From positions 1-54,399 of the forward strand of contig CAYWGG010000001.1 in assembly GCA_964457285.1 (NCBI GenBank): a stretch of DNA of 54,399 nt, in the 5' to 3' direction. The translations under genes and the position numbers were made by a program. The notes below the pieces were generated by a model that worked only from the letters and a program-made list of their open reading frames with translations, was not told the origin of the DNA and searched no databases. The stretch's first letter is position 1. Each line of letters starts with the position of its first letter. Positions 9,367 through 18,919 of this stretch are shown in pieces. Source of the DNA: an uncultured Dehalococcoidia bacterium. Lineage in GTDB: Bacteria > Chloroflexota > Dehalococcoidia > Lucifugimonadales > JAGWBF01.

Positions 9367-10323
9367 TCAAAGAGACTCCTGCGATTTTTCGTTTAACCAT
9401 CGAATCAAATTGGTCAGACCTTCTCCAAGGCCTACCTGAGGTGAAACCCCTAGCACTGTTTTGATTCTGGTCGAGTCTCCCACCAGGTCTGCAATGTCTC
9501 CCTTCCAGCTACTGCCGGTGAAAGTCAGGCCAGTGGTATTTTTCGTTCCCAGCAAGTCTAAAATCAGGTCTATAAGCTCCCGTATGGTCACCGGCGAGCC
9601 GCCGCTTATGTTGAAGACCCCGCCAACCGCATCATCCGACTCAGCGGCACACATGAGAGCCCGACAGACATCGGACACATAGCAAAAGTCGCGCCTCTGT
9701 CGGCCGTCGCCAAGCACCTCAAGGCGAGAGGGGTCTTTATTCAGCTTGCTAAGCAGGTCATACATGACATAACGTCGCTGGCGTTCGCCATAGGTGTTAA
9801 AGACGCGGATAGCTGTGAAAGGGAAGTCATAGACACTGAAATATGCCAGGCCCAGCTTCTCAGCAGCCAGCTTTGATGCTCCGTAAGGTGAGACGGGATT
9901 TGTAGGATGGTTCTCATCCATTGGAGCATAAACCGGGTTGCCATAGATGGCAGCGGACGATGAGAAGATGACACGTTCAACCTGATGATGGAGACACGCG
10001 GTAAAGACGTTATAGCTACCTAGAGCATTGGTCTCAAAATCATAGGCAGGATTTTCTACCGAATAGGGGACGTTGGCATTGGCAGCCAGATGGAAGACCA
10101 CCGCCTGCCCTTCTACCGCTTTAGCAACCGCCTCTCTATCACGGACATCTGCTTCTATGAACCGTACAGACTTCCACGACCTTTTCAGGTTGGTCAATGT
10201 CCCTCCCGTGAGGTTATCGAGGGCGGTAACCGTGGCCCCCTTTTCTACAAGGGCGTCTACTAGATGCGATCCCAGGAAGCCTGCCCCTCCAGTTACTAGC
10301 ACCGACTTGCCTTGAAGAAGCAT
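9367..10323 (-). CDS. NAD-dependent nucleotide-sugar epimerase/dehydratase (extended SDR)
   Basis: 318 aa. VLVTGGAGFLGSH and catalytic YGASK. Substrate not assignable by eye. Confidence 0.8.
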   Translation of the reverse strand: MLLQGKSVLVTGGAGFLGSHLVDALVEKGATVTALDNLTGGTLTNLKRSWKSVRFIEADVRDREAVAKAVEGQAVVFHLAANANVPYSVENPAYDFETNALGSYNVFTACLHHQVERVIFSSSAAIYGNPVYAPMDENHPTNPVSPYGASKLAAEKLGLAYFSVYDFPFTAIRVFNTYGERQRRYVMYDLLSKLNKDPSRLEVLGDGRQRRDFCYVSDVCRALMCAAESDDAVGGVFNISGGSPVTIRELIDLILDLLGTKNTTGLTFTGSSWKGDIADLVGDSTRIKTVLGVSPQVGLGEGLTNLIRWLNEKSQESL

Positions 10324-10362
10324 TCCATTCCCTCAGTGAATACTATATGAAATGTTCAAACC

Positions 10363-11544
10363 TCATGAGGGCCTATCTTTGCCCTCAGCCACCTGCTGCA
10401 AAATTTCCATGGTCTCCTTAGCCGTCTTCTCCCAAGAAAATGCCTTCGCTCGCTCGAGCCCGTCCTTAATCAGCTTGTCACGTAATGCTCTATCGGAAGT
10501 CACTGCTAGTATAGCCTCTTTTATCTCATTCACGGAGTTCGATTCCAGCATAAACGCAGCTCCCCCGTAGATTTCTTTGAGCCCACCAACGTTCGTGGTG
10601 ATTACCGGCGCTCCGCACGACATGGCTTCCAGCGGTGGCAAGGCGAAGCCATCGTAGTCCGCGGGGGATACGAAAACATCAGCCGCATTATACAGCGATA
10701 CTAAGTCCTGGTCGCTGATCCACCCCAGATGTGCCACGCTATCCGCGATACCCACCTCTCGAGCCACATCCATCGGGTCCCTATTCGAGCGATTTCGTCC
10801 GACAATGAGGAGCTTATGGGGGACTTTATATTGCTTCTTTAGCTGGCTCAAGGCCTCAATGACCTCTGGAACGCGCCGCCTCCCCGTGAGTTGCCCTGCG
10901 AACATCAGAAAAGGGCTCCCCCCTAGATGGTACTTTTCTCTCACCCTGTTCAGTTCGGCTTCGTCCCCAACAGGGCGAAACATCTCATTAGCGGCCAGGT
11001 AGGTGACCCTGATTTTCCCCTCATCTACCTTGTAATATCGAGAGATGTCCTGTTTCGTCGCATGGCAGACTGTGATGACCACATCGGCCTTCTTAGCGCT
11101 GTACCTGTAGGCCCATGACCAGCGAAGACGAACATACCAGGGAATTGCATACGACTTTGGTACGATCTCTTGCGTGGCGTCATGGATAGTTACCACACGC
11201 TTCCCTCTATACCACATGGGAACTGTGTAGGAAGGGCAAAACAACACACCTGAATCCCTGGCTTTGGCAGGAAGCAGGACGTTCTCCCACAAAACATTGG
11301 GCAGTTTCGATTTAATCACCTGGTTATAGAAACCGGCGGGGAGCAGGCTCCTCTCCAAAGGCTGATGGCTATACAGAGCGACACTTTCAAAGGGCAGGTG
11401 CATTTTACCCCATTGCTCCAGCAGACACTGGGCATATCTTTTAACGCCAGCAGTTTCCTCAACCAGTATCCTGGCATTGATACCTAGCCTTCTACTCCTT
11501 GAGCTTGTAGAGTTGCGGGCCAATCCTCCCTCTTTGGACAGCAT
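10363..11544 (-). CDS. Glycosyltransferase family 4 (GT-B)
   Basis: 393 aa. The C-terminal half has the GT4-type E-x7-E region (GFALPPLEAMSCGAPVITT). The start codon is uncertain. Confidence 0.75.
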   Translation of the reverse strand: MLSKEGGLARNSTSSRSRRLGINARILVEETAGVKRYAQCLLEQWGKMHLPFESVALYSHQPLERSLLPAGFYNQVIKSKLPNVLWENVLLPAKARDSGVLFCPSYTVPMWYRGKRVVTIHDATQEIVPKSYAIPWYVRLRWSWAYRYSAKKADVVITVCHATKQDISRYYKVDEGKIRVTYLAANEMFRPVGDEAELNRVREKYHLGGSPFLMFAGQLTGRRRVPEVIEALSQLKKQYKVPHKLLIVGRNRSNRDPMDVAREVGIADSVAHLGWISDQDLVSLYNAADVFVSPADYDGFALPPLEAMSCGAPVITTNVGGLKEIYGGAAFMLESNSVNEIKEAILAVTSDRALRDKLIKDGLERAKAFSWEKTAKETMEILQQVAEGKDRPS

Positions 11545-11633
11545 CGTAGCCTACCATCTCCCTCTCTATGATCTCGTCCTTTAGCCGTCGTTCTCACATG
11601 TCCAACCCGTCTTATGGGGTGTATGGAAAGCCC

Positions 11634-12923
11634 TCACTTTCCCCCCTTCGCCCCCAATGGCTCCAGGAACTCTCGGAATGCCTCCGCCGCATAGCTTCTT
11701 TCGTCCTCGCCGATCTCATGGTGGTTCGGCAGAAGAATAGAGTGGCGCATAGCGTACTGGGCATGTCTCAGGTCCCCTGCTGTCCGATAGGGGTAGTCCT
11801 TCATTACGGGCTGCTCCACCATGTTGCCAGCCATGATGGGCCTTGTTTCAATCCCCTTTCCCGTAAGGTACTGCACCAGCTCCCGCCGGGAGAAGGGTGC
11901 GTCGGGCCTTATGGTGATAGGATAGCAGAACCACACGTGCCTGGTGCCTTCTCCCTCTTCTGGCAACACGAAGTATTCTGAATACCCGCTTAGCTGTCTC
12001 GTCCAGAATTGGGCGGTCTCGATCCTTGCCCTGATAAACCCCTCGAGCCTGGTCAACTGATGGAGCCCGAAGGCTCCTTGGAGCTCCATCGGCCTCAGGT
12101 TGTAGCCTGCGGTAGCGAAAAGATACCTTTCGTCTATGTAAGGGAACCCCTCTAGAATTTCACGCCTTTTCGCCATCTCTCGTACCCAGCCGTGGGCTCG
12201 CATGGAACGGGCCAGGTCAGCAAGCTCGTCGTTGTCGGTTAGTACAATCCCTCCCTCTATAGTGCTTATGTGATGGGAGAAGAAGAAGCTGAAAGTGGCT
12301 ATTTCCCCAAAGCTGCCCACTTTGCGACCCCCGATCTCCGCCCCATGAGCTTCGCAGCAGTCCTCTATGACGAACAGATCGTAGCGCCGGGCAAGCTCCA
12401 TGACAGCTGCCATATCCACCGGGTTGCCCAACAGGTGCACCACCATGATGGCTTTCGTCCGCGAGGTTATGGCGCTTTCGATCTGCTTGACATCCATATT
12501 GTAGGTTTTCGGCTCTATATCCACGAATACAGGTATAGCTCCAACTTGCAGAATGGGAAAGACGGTGGTGGACCACGGGACGGCTGTGGTGATAACCTCA
12601 TCGCCGGAGCGGAGCCCCCTTGGTAGTCCGGGATGGGCCAGGGCTGACAGGGCAACGAGATTGGCGCTTGAGCCAGAGTTCACCATCACCCCGTGCCTCG
12701 TTCCTACATATCCAGCGAAGGAAGCCTCGAACCTGCGGACCTTTTCTCCCATAGTCACACGCTTTGCAAGCAGGGAGTCGAGGACCTCCATGATCTCCTC
12801 AATGCCAAAGGAAGGAACGGATAGTGGAATTCTCCACGGCCCGGAAGGGCTTTCCAGGTCCAGATAGGCTTGAATCAGCCTTTCCATCTCTCCTAGTAAC
12901 CGGCTTCTTTCCCTGTTTTCCAT
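11634..12923 (-). CDS. DegT/DnrJ/EryC1-fold sugar 3-dehydratase, ColD/E1-like (His replaces the Schiff-base Lys)
   Basis: 429 aa with DegT-family architecture. At the position of the conserved FSF..xK..TTGEGG lysine the sequence reads FSFFFSHHISTIEGG (His217, codon 12275-12273). Confidence 0.65.
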   Translation of the reverse strand: MENRERSRLLGEMERLIQAYLDLESPSGPWRIPLSVPSFGIEEIMEVLDSLLAKRVTMGEKVRRFEASFAGYVGTRHGVMVNSGSSANLVALSALAHPGLPRGLRSGDEVITTAVPWSTTVFPILQVGAIPVFVDIEPKTYNMDVKQIESAITSRTKAIMVVHLLGNPVDMAAVMELARRYDLFVIEDCCEAHGAEIGGRKVGSFGEIATFSFFFSHHISTIEGGIVLTDNDELADLARSMRAHGWVREMAKRREILEGFPYIDERYLFATAGYNLRPMELQGAFGLHQLTRLEGFIRARIETAQFWTRQLSGYSEYFVLPEEGEGTRHVWFCYPITIRPDAPFSRRELVQYLTGKGIETRPIMAGNMVEQPVMKDYPYRTAGDLRHAQYAMRHSILLPNHHEIGEDERSYAAEAFREFLEPLGAKGGK

Positions 12924-12951
12924 CCGCTTTGCTAAACCCTCCCATTAGTGA

Positions 12952-13875
12952 TTATGCAGGGCTGTGGTGGGAGGCTCTCCGCCAGGATTTCATGACCTCG
13001 AAAGTCTTTTGCACGCCCTCCTCCACCGTATACCTGGACGTCCAGCCGGTCAAGCGCTGGAGCCTGCTTATATCTGTCTGGAACTGCGTCGGTCCGTCTA
13101 CCGGGATGCCCTGCTCGGTGATGGGGCAGCCGCTGACCTCCTGAAGGATATCCACGATCCTGCGGACGGAAGTCATGGTGCCGGTGCCCAGGTTCAGGGT
13201 CCCGGTGTAGTCGGTCTCAAGGACCTTCAATACGGCATCAGCGGTGTCTTCCACATAGATGAAGTCCCGCGTCGGTTTGGTGTTCCACACCTGACCCTTG
13301 CCGTCGTCCAATAGCTGGTGAATGAGGGTGTGGATGAGATCGTACCGTTTCAGAGGCGTTGGGCCGTAGAGGTTGGCCTGGCGAACATTGATAATCGGGA
13401 CCCACCTGGTGTAGAACTTGCACGCCTCCTCGGCCAGGTACTTGCTGAGCACGTAGCGGTTCCTATAGGGGTCAATAGGGGCATCCTCGGAGACGGGCAG
13501 GGTGATCCTATCCCAGTCGTAGATGAGAGCCGTGGACATGTGGACGAACTTTTTAATGGGGTAGTGCTTTAGCTGCTCTAGCGTCTGGATGAGAGGGATA
13601 GTATGGTAATCAAACGCCGTAGGCTCGCCGCGGGGGAGGCGTTCCCTTGACAGGCTGTGATGGTCAGTATTCCCGATGATATAGATGACCTTGTCGAAAG
13701 GCACGGCTTGCAGCGCGTCCAGGTCCGCCAGGCTGTCCACATGGATGTGCCGATTTGGCGTTGGCGGTGGCCTCCGTCCCACGGAGATCATAGCCGGGGC
13801 TCTCTCGAGGATGTAGGGGCCGAGGAACCCGCTTCCTCCAAAGAGGATGGTGCCTTCGCCGAGCGAATGGGCCAT
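12952..13875 (-). CDS. NAD(P)-dependent sugar epimerase/reductase (extended SDR; candidate 4-ketoreductase)
   Basis: 307 aa. Rossmann motif FGGSGFLGPY and catalytic Y-x3-K in YVLSKYLAE. Confidence 0.7.
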   Translation of the reverse strand: MAHSLGEGTILFGGSGFLGPYILERAPAMISVGRRPPPTPNRHIHVDSLADLDALQAVPFDKVIYIIGNTDHHSLSRERLPRGEPTAFDYHTIPLIQTLEQLKHYPIKKFVHMSTALIYDWDRITLPVSEDAPIDPYRNRYVLSKYLAEEACKFYTRWVPIINVRQANLYGPTPLKRYDLIHTLIHQLLDDGKGQVWNTKPTRDFIYVEDTADAVLKVLETDYTGTLNLGTGTMTSVRRIVDILQEVSGCPITEQGIPVDGPTQFQTDISRLQRLTGWTSRYTVEEGVQKTFEVMKSWRRASHHSPA

Positions 13876-13923
13876 GGTTACCTCATCGCAAGGATTGGTT
13901 GTTGCCGCCGCTTCATATCCCTG

Positions 13924-15246
13924 TCACGGCAGTATGAAGTCGCCTGCGAACCCGTGGTTGCGGAGCTTCGGGGCTATTTCATGGTAATAGTTCCAGGCGA
14001 AGAGGATGCCAGCGTCAGCAGGTCGGCTGTCCTGGAACATGTATTCTTCGGCGACAATGGGGATATGTACGCCTGGGAGGTATTTGCCTATCCGTAAAGG
14101 ATTGACTTCAGTTATGTACTCGACGAGATCAGGCCCGAGCCGGCAGTAGTTGCAGATGGTGGATGCTTTTGCGGGGGCGCCGATGCCGATGACCTTTTTC
14201 CCCTTTGACTTGAGCTGATATACCTCATCGAAGAGCTTTTGCTTCCGCTCCTCGACCCTCCGAGCAAAGCTCTGGTACGTGGCCTCGTCGTAAAGTTTTT
14301 CCTTCTCCTCGAGGGCTACCAGCTCCGTGACTCGCTTCGAGATCGGATGTTCCCCTGCGTGGCAACTGAAAACGCGGATGGAGCCGCCAAGGACGTCGTG
14401 GCGCTCTACATCGAACACGTCCATGTCGTATTGCCGAAAGAGATGGATGAGCGGTTTCATGGAGTAATAGCGCAGGTGCTGGTGAAACACATTATCGTAG
14501 TGCAGGGTCAGCACCGTATCCAGCCAGTACTCTGAGTCGGTGGCGAACACTCCTCCCCTGGCCAGCAGCAGCTTGACCCCCTTCATAACGCCTGACAGAT
14601 CGGCGACGTGAGCGAACACGTTGCAGGCGGTGATGGCGTCGGCCTTCCCGTAGCGTCCCAGGATGCTCTCAGCCACCTCCCCATTGAAAAAGGCATGCAA
14701 TGTCTCGATGCCCTGCTCCCTGGCGACACGGACAGGGTCGCCGGATGGGTCAACTCCCAGAAATCTGACCCCATAGGGGATATAGCCTTTGAGGAGTGTC
14801 CCATCATTTGAGCCGATGTCAACGGCGAAGGAGTGTCTGTCCAGGCCCAGCATATCCGCCAGTTTCTTCGGGAGGCTCTGGAGGTGCTTGGTGGTGGTCT
14901 GGGTAGTCCCGCTGACGAAGGGGAAGTTCTTATACACGACCCTGGGATTGACGGTATAGCCGAGTTGGGTCAGCCCGCACTCCAGGCAGTGGTGGAGTCT
15001 CATCGGATAGAATGTCTCAGGCTGATTGAGCTGTGCTCTGGACAGGAGGAGATCGCTGACTGGCTGGTACTCCAGATCGAGTCCCGGGATAGTCGAAAAA
15101 CCGCATATCTGGCACCTGACTGGGTGGGGCCTATCACCCTGTCGCTTGCGACCAGGTAGTCCGACCTTGCTCTTGGGAATACCAATCAGGGGTTCGCCAA
15201 TCTTAACTGGATTTTGTGCCGAACCAGAACTCATGTTATGTGTCAC
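13924..15246 (-). CDS. NDP-hexose C-methyltransferase-type SAM methyltransferase (Zn-ribbon N-domain + MT + C-methyltransferase C-domain)
   Basis: 440 aa. Four-Cys N-domain (CQICGF...CLECGL), then the SAM region AVDIGSNDG. The length and layout resemble TylC3-type enzymes. Confidence 0.6.
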   Translation of the reverse strand: MTHNMSSGSAQNPVKIGEPLIGIPKSKVGLPGRKRQGDRPHPVRCQICGFSTIPGLDLEYQPVSDLLLSRAQLNQPETFYPMRLHHCLECGLTQLGYTVNPRVVYKNFPFVSGTTQTTTKHLQSLPKKLADMLGLDRHSFAVDIGSNDGTLLKGYIPYGVRFLGVDPSGDPVRVAREQGIETLHAFFNGEVAESILGRYGKADAITACNVFAHVADLSGVMKGVKLLLARGGVFATDSEYWLDTVLTLHYDNVFHQHLRYYSMKPLIHLFRQYDMDVFDVERHDVLGGSIRVFSCHAGEHPISKRVTELVALEEKEKLYDEATYQSFARRVEERKQKLFDEVYQLKSKGKKVIGIGAPAKASTICNYCRLGPDLVEYITEVNPLRIGKYLPGVHIPIVAEEYMFQDSRPADAGILFAWNYYHEIAPKLRNHGFAGDFILP

Positions 15247-15293
15247 CTTGTGGCTCTAGTTTGCTCCCAACCCGTGTTCTGCGATAGGTAGCT

Positions 15294-16277
15294 TTAAGGG
15301 AAGCTATGGCTGTTATTCCTCTTTTTTAGCTCTCTCAGGTCCGCATCCACCATCATCTTAACTAACTCTTCAAAAGGGACAGTTGAGCTCCATCCGAGCT
15401 TCTCTCGGGCTTTTGAGGCATCACCAATCAGGAGCTCGATGTCTAATGGCCTGAGGAGCTGAGGATCGGTAACTACATAGTCCTCCCAGTCCAGTTCCAC
15501 ATACTCGAAAGCGATTTCAACTAATTCCCTGACGCTATGAACCGTGCCGGTAGCAATGACATAGTCATCGGGCTGGTCCTGCTGGAGCATTAACCACATG
15601 GCCTTGACATAATCTCCTGCAAATCCCCAGTCCCTCCTGGCATTCATATTCCCCATCTTTAATTGTTTGGCAAGCCCTAGCTTGATTCTCGCCACTCCGT
15701 TGGTAACCTTTCTTGGTACAAATTCTAGCCCTCTCCGAGGGGACTCATGGTTGAAGCAGATCCCTGAACAGCTATAAATGTTGAAGCTTTCACGATAGTT
15801 CACGGTGATCCAGTGTCCATAAGCCTTTGCCACTCCGTAAGGACTCAACGGGTGGAAAGGGGCGCTTTCGTTTTGAGCGAAGCCTTCCGCCTTGCCGTAC
15901 ATCTCACTGCTGGACGCCTGGTAAAACCTTGCGTCTGGTTTATACTTCCTGATGGCATCCAGGACCCTGGCTACGCCCAGCCCGTTTATGTTGGCCGTAA
16001 GCAACGTTTGATTCCAGGAGAGGGGGACAAAAGATAGCCCTGCTAAATTATATACCTCATCAGGTTGTGCTGTCCTTATGGCTTCATCAACCGAGGATTG
16101 GTCTATCACATCTCCTTGAACTAATCGGACCTTATCCATTATGTGCTGAATTCTCTCAAACTCTCCAAAAACAGACCTCCTCACCAGCCCAAAGACCTCA
16201 TACCCTTTCTCTAGCAGAAATTCTGCCAGATATGATCCATCCTGACCAGCAATGCCTGTGATTAATGCTTTTCTCAT
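15294..16277 (-). CDS. gmd: GDP-mannose 4,6-dehydratase
   Basis: 327 aa. ALITGIAGQDGSYLAEFLLEKGYEV.G..RR is the characteristic Gmd N-terminus, followed by YGVAK. AAGGA RBS. Confidence 0.9.
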   Translation of the reverse strand: MRKALITGIAGQDGSYLAEFLLEKGYEVFGLVRRSVFGEFERIQHIMDKVRLVQGDVIDQSSVDEAIRTAQPDEVYNLAGLSFVPLSWNQTLLTANINGLGVARVLDAIRKYKPDARFYQASSSEMYGKAEGFAQNESAPFHPLSPYGVAKAYGHWITVNYRESFNIYSCSGICFNHESPRRGLEFVPRKVTNGVARIKLGLAKQLKMGNMNARRDWGFAGDYVKAMWLMLQQDQPDDYVIATGTVHSVRELVEIAFEYVELDWEDYVVTDPQLLRPLDIELLIGDASKAREKLGWSSTVPFEELVKMMVDADLRELKKRNNSHSFP

Positions 16278-16338
16278 TCAAAGCGTCCTTAGCCACGGAG
16301 GCAGCTTTATCATTGGCTCCTCTCTCGAATTAGTTGTA

Positions 16339-16368
16339 TTTTATGCATCATGCGTTGAATTCTGTCAA
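16339..16368 (-). promoter_or_regulatory. Candidate promoter of the gmd-to-GT2 operon
   Basis: Minus strand: TTGACA (16368-16363), an 18-nt spacer, then ATAAAA (16344-16339). It lies in an AT-rich pocket about 60 nt upstream of the gmd ATG. Confidence 0.4.
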
Positions 16369-16478
16369 GCCTCAGCAGGGTATCCGCTAGCTGGTCATTC
16401 CACCTGCAAGTAAACTCGCCAACGACGGCGCCACCTCGCATCGGTCAAGAGGCGGTGGATTTACCACAGTCCTCATCC

Positions 16479-18824
16479 CTAACGTCGGAGAGGGCTACCT
16501 TCGTCTGTGCCACCCCGAGGTGACCAGACGGGATACTCGTCCCAGGCAGAGTTCCTGGTGAGGCGGGTCTGGTTAGAGCCATCGGCACCCATCACATATA
16601 TCTCAGGGCTATCTCTGTAGGATGTAAAGGCTATCTTGCTGCCGTCAGGCGACCAGGCGGGCCACCCATCAAAGGTAGGGTTGTAGGTGAGGCGCCTCGG
16701 CTCGGAGCCATCAGCGTTCATAACATATACCTCTTCGTTGCCGTCCCTATCGGAGGCGAAGGCTATTTTGCTGCCGTCGGGGGACCAGGCAGGGGAAAAG
16801 TCCCAGGCTGAGCTGTTGGTGAGGTTGGTCTGGCTGGAGCCGTCGGCATCCATCAGGTACACCTCGAAGTTACCGCCCCTGTCGGAAGCAAAGGCTATCT
16901 TGCTGCCATTGGGGGACCAGATGGGCGTCTTATCGGAAGCGGGGTTTTGGGAGACGTTAGCTTGACTGGAGCCGTCGGCGTTCATCACGTATATCTCCTC
17001 GTCGCCGTCTCTGCTGGAGGTAAAGACTATCTTACTGCCATCGGGGGACCAGTGGGGAAAAGAATCGTCGCCAGTGCTATAGGTGAGGCTGGTCTGGTTA
17101 GAGCCGTCGGCGTTCATCACGTATATCTCTAGATTGGCGTCTCTAGCGGAGGTGAAAGCGATCTTGCCGCCGTCCGGGGACCAGGCCGGGAGGGCATCCC
17201 AGGCAGGGTTGTTGGTGAGATTGGTCTGGCTGGAGCCGTCGGCCTCTCTCACATATATCTCGAAGTTGCCATCCCTGTCGGAGTTAAAAGCGATGGGGGC
17301 AGGGGTCACTACTGGCGTTAGATTGTAGAGATAGACTGTTGCTCCGGGGGCAGAAAAGGAATCAACCCTTGTCCCTATGCTGTCGAGATAGCCTAAAAAG
17401 AAATCCCGTTCAGAGAAGCTGGGAGTAAAAATCATCCATACTCTGTCAAGGTCACGAAGCTGGTCCAGGTCTGCTATATAAGCTCCCAGATTCTCTGGCG
17501 AGCGTATTCCTATAACATAGTCATCACCAAAGCCGTACCTATCTCGATAGTATGCGAAAGCGTATTGTGCCTCCCAATGGATGTACAGTATATCCCTACT
17601 CTGTTTATGTTCTCTAATATAGCTGAGAGCGGATTTTATCTCCTGGCTAAATGGAGCTGGATGAAATTGAAAGTAGGCCGCGGTGTGGACCGGGTGGACG
17701 AATAATAGCCCTATGACAGCAAGCCCTATTATAGGAGAGCTATTCCTGGTCTTATCGCGAATATATCCTGCTCCCTCCCCAATAAGAAGCAGAAGCGAGG
17801 GCACGAGGAATAGTATCAATCTCCCGCCAAATGGGTACAGATCGAGGGCGGAGGCCAGTAAGACAAAGAGCATTGGGAATAGCAGAACGAGAAACTTCTC
17901 CCTGCTCTCCCAGAACATGGAAAAACAACCTACCAGAAAGGCCAGGGCTGCAACACCCGTCAGTGTCTGGCTTGCTGGATTAGCAAACATCTCGAAGAAC
18001 TTCTGAACGAGCCACCAGACGTCTGAGAAGGACGAAGGCGGGAATGGCAAAAGGTCTCCCGCCCAACCGATCACAAAAAACTCGGAGTCTATGTCGCGAA
18101 GGGCAATGAAATACGAGGCCAGGAAGCTCGCCAGCCACAGCAAGCCCACAGCAGAAAGCAGCCCAACCTTCCCCCATTCCCTCCTCACCAGACTCGGTAA
18201 ACCTAACCCTACCCCCACACCAGCCAGCACAAACATCGCAGGGTGGGAAAACCACAGGGAGACTGCCCCTGTTGCCCCAAGGACTCCAAGCCTTCCTGAA
18301 GTAAATCCCTTCCTCTGCACATAGCTGGTTACCAGCAGCAGGAGCAAGGCTATGGTCACGTCGCTGGAGTACTGCTTCACCTCAGAGGAGTAGTACACCA
18401 GCCACTCGGAGATGACAAAAAGCCCCAGGGCAATGGGAAGGGCTGTGGGCTTGATGTAGTACCTTGCAACAGCGTAGAAGAGGAAGGGGGAAGCCACCCC
18501 GGACAGGAAGGGCACCAGCCTCAGGGCGTATTCGCTGTCCCCAAAAGCCAGGACGGCCAGCTTCTCAACGACCAGCCAGCCAGTGGGTGCAATCTGAGCG
18601 AGGTCTAGTGGGGCTAGAAACTCAGAAAAGGACTTACTCAGAACGTTCAGTGTGATAAAGGCCTCATCCAGCCACAAGGAGCGGTTGCCCAGGTATTGAG
18701 TGAGGCGCAGGAGGACTCCAAGGCTGATGATGACCCACTCCCACCTGATGGCGGTGTACAACAGCCCAGCTTTTTGGTATATCTGTCTTCTAGATTGTAT
18801 GGAGCCCAAAGATAGAACAGCCAC
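16479..18824 (-). CDS. GT-C fold membrane glycosyltransferase (PMT_2/ArnT-like) fused to a C-terminal six-repeat PD40/TolB-like beta-propeller-type domain
   Basis: 781 aa. Many hydrophobic segments, with NRSLWLDEAF in the first loop (GT-C Asp-Glu motif). The C-terminal ~260 aa are six repeats of about 44 aa. GTG start. Confidence 0.7.
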   Translation of the reverse strand: MAVLSLGSIQSRRQIYQKAGLLYTAIRWEWVIISLGVLLRLTQYLGNRSLWLDEAFITLNVLSKSFSEFLAPLDLAQIAPTGWLVVEKLAVLAFGDSEYALRLVPFLSGVASPFLFYAVARYYIKPTALPIALGLFVISEWLVYYSSEVKQYSSDVTIALLLLLVTSYVQRKGFTSGRLGVLGATGAVSLWFSHPAMFVLAGVGVGLGLPSLVRREWGKVGLLSAVGLLWLASFLASYFIALRDIDSEFFVIGWAGDLLPFPPSSFSDVWWLVQKFFEMFANPASQTLTGVAALAFLVGCFSMFWESREKFLVLLFPMLFVLLASALDLYPFGGRLILFLVPSLLLLIGEGAGYIRDKTRNSSPIIGLAVIGLLFVHPVHTAAYFQFHPAPFSQEIKSALSYIREHKQSRDILYIHWEAQYAFAYYRDRYGFGDDYVIGIRSPENLGAYIADLDQLRDLDRVWMIFTPSFSERDFFLGYLDSIGTRVDSFSAPGATVYLYNLTPVVTPAPIAFNSDRDGNFEIYVREADGSSQTNLTNNPAWDALPAWSPDGGKIAFTSARDANLEIYVMNADGSNQTSLTYSTGDDSFPHWSPDGSKIVFTSSRDGDEEIYVMNADGSSQANVSQNPASDKTPIWSPNGSKIAFASDRGGNFEVYLMDADGSSQTNLTNSSAWDFSPAWSPDGSKIAFASDRDGNEEVYVMNADGSEPRRLTYNPTFDGWPAWSPDGSKIAFTSYRDSPEIYVMGADGSNQTRLTRNSAWDEYPVWSPRGGTDEGSPLRR
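16500..17290 (-). repeat. Coding tandem repeats (six PD40 units, about 132 bp each)
   Basis: Recurring ..WSPDGSKIAF.S.RDGN.E(I/V)YVM.ADGS.Q..LT.. units, counted six times (NFEIYV, NLEIYV, DEEIYV, NFEVYL, NEEVYV, SPEIYV). Confidence 0.85.
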
Positions 18825-18919
18825 GTGAGTTACCTACCATATTAAGCAGGAGGTCAAAAGCCGATGGATGTCACCGTTTGTGGCCATCCTTAAAGTTTCG
18901 GAAGTTTGCTAGCAGGACC

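Noticed and set aside
11634-12923. Assignment as CDP-linked E1 (RfbH/DdhC) dehydrase or as an ordinary sugar aminotransferase (for example GDP-perosamine synthase)
   Set aside because: The aminotransferase option is disfavoured by His in place of the PLP-binding Lys. The E1 option is disfavoured because the protein has few Cys residues and no obvious Fe-S cluster motif, no E3 reductase or CDP-glucose genes are nearby, and gmd is in the same operon. The question remains open until a proper alignment is made.
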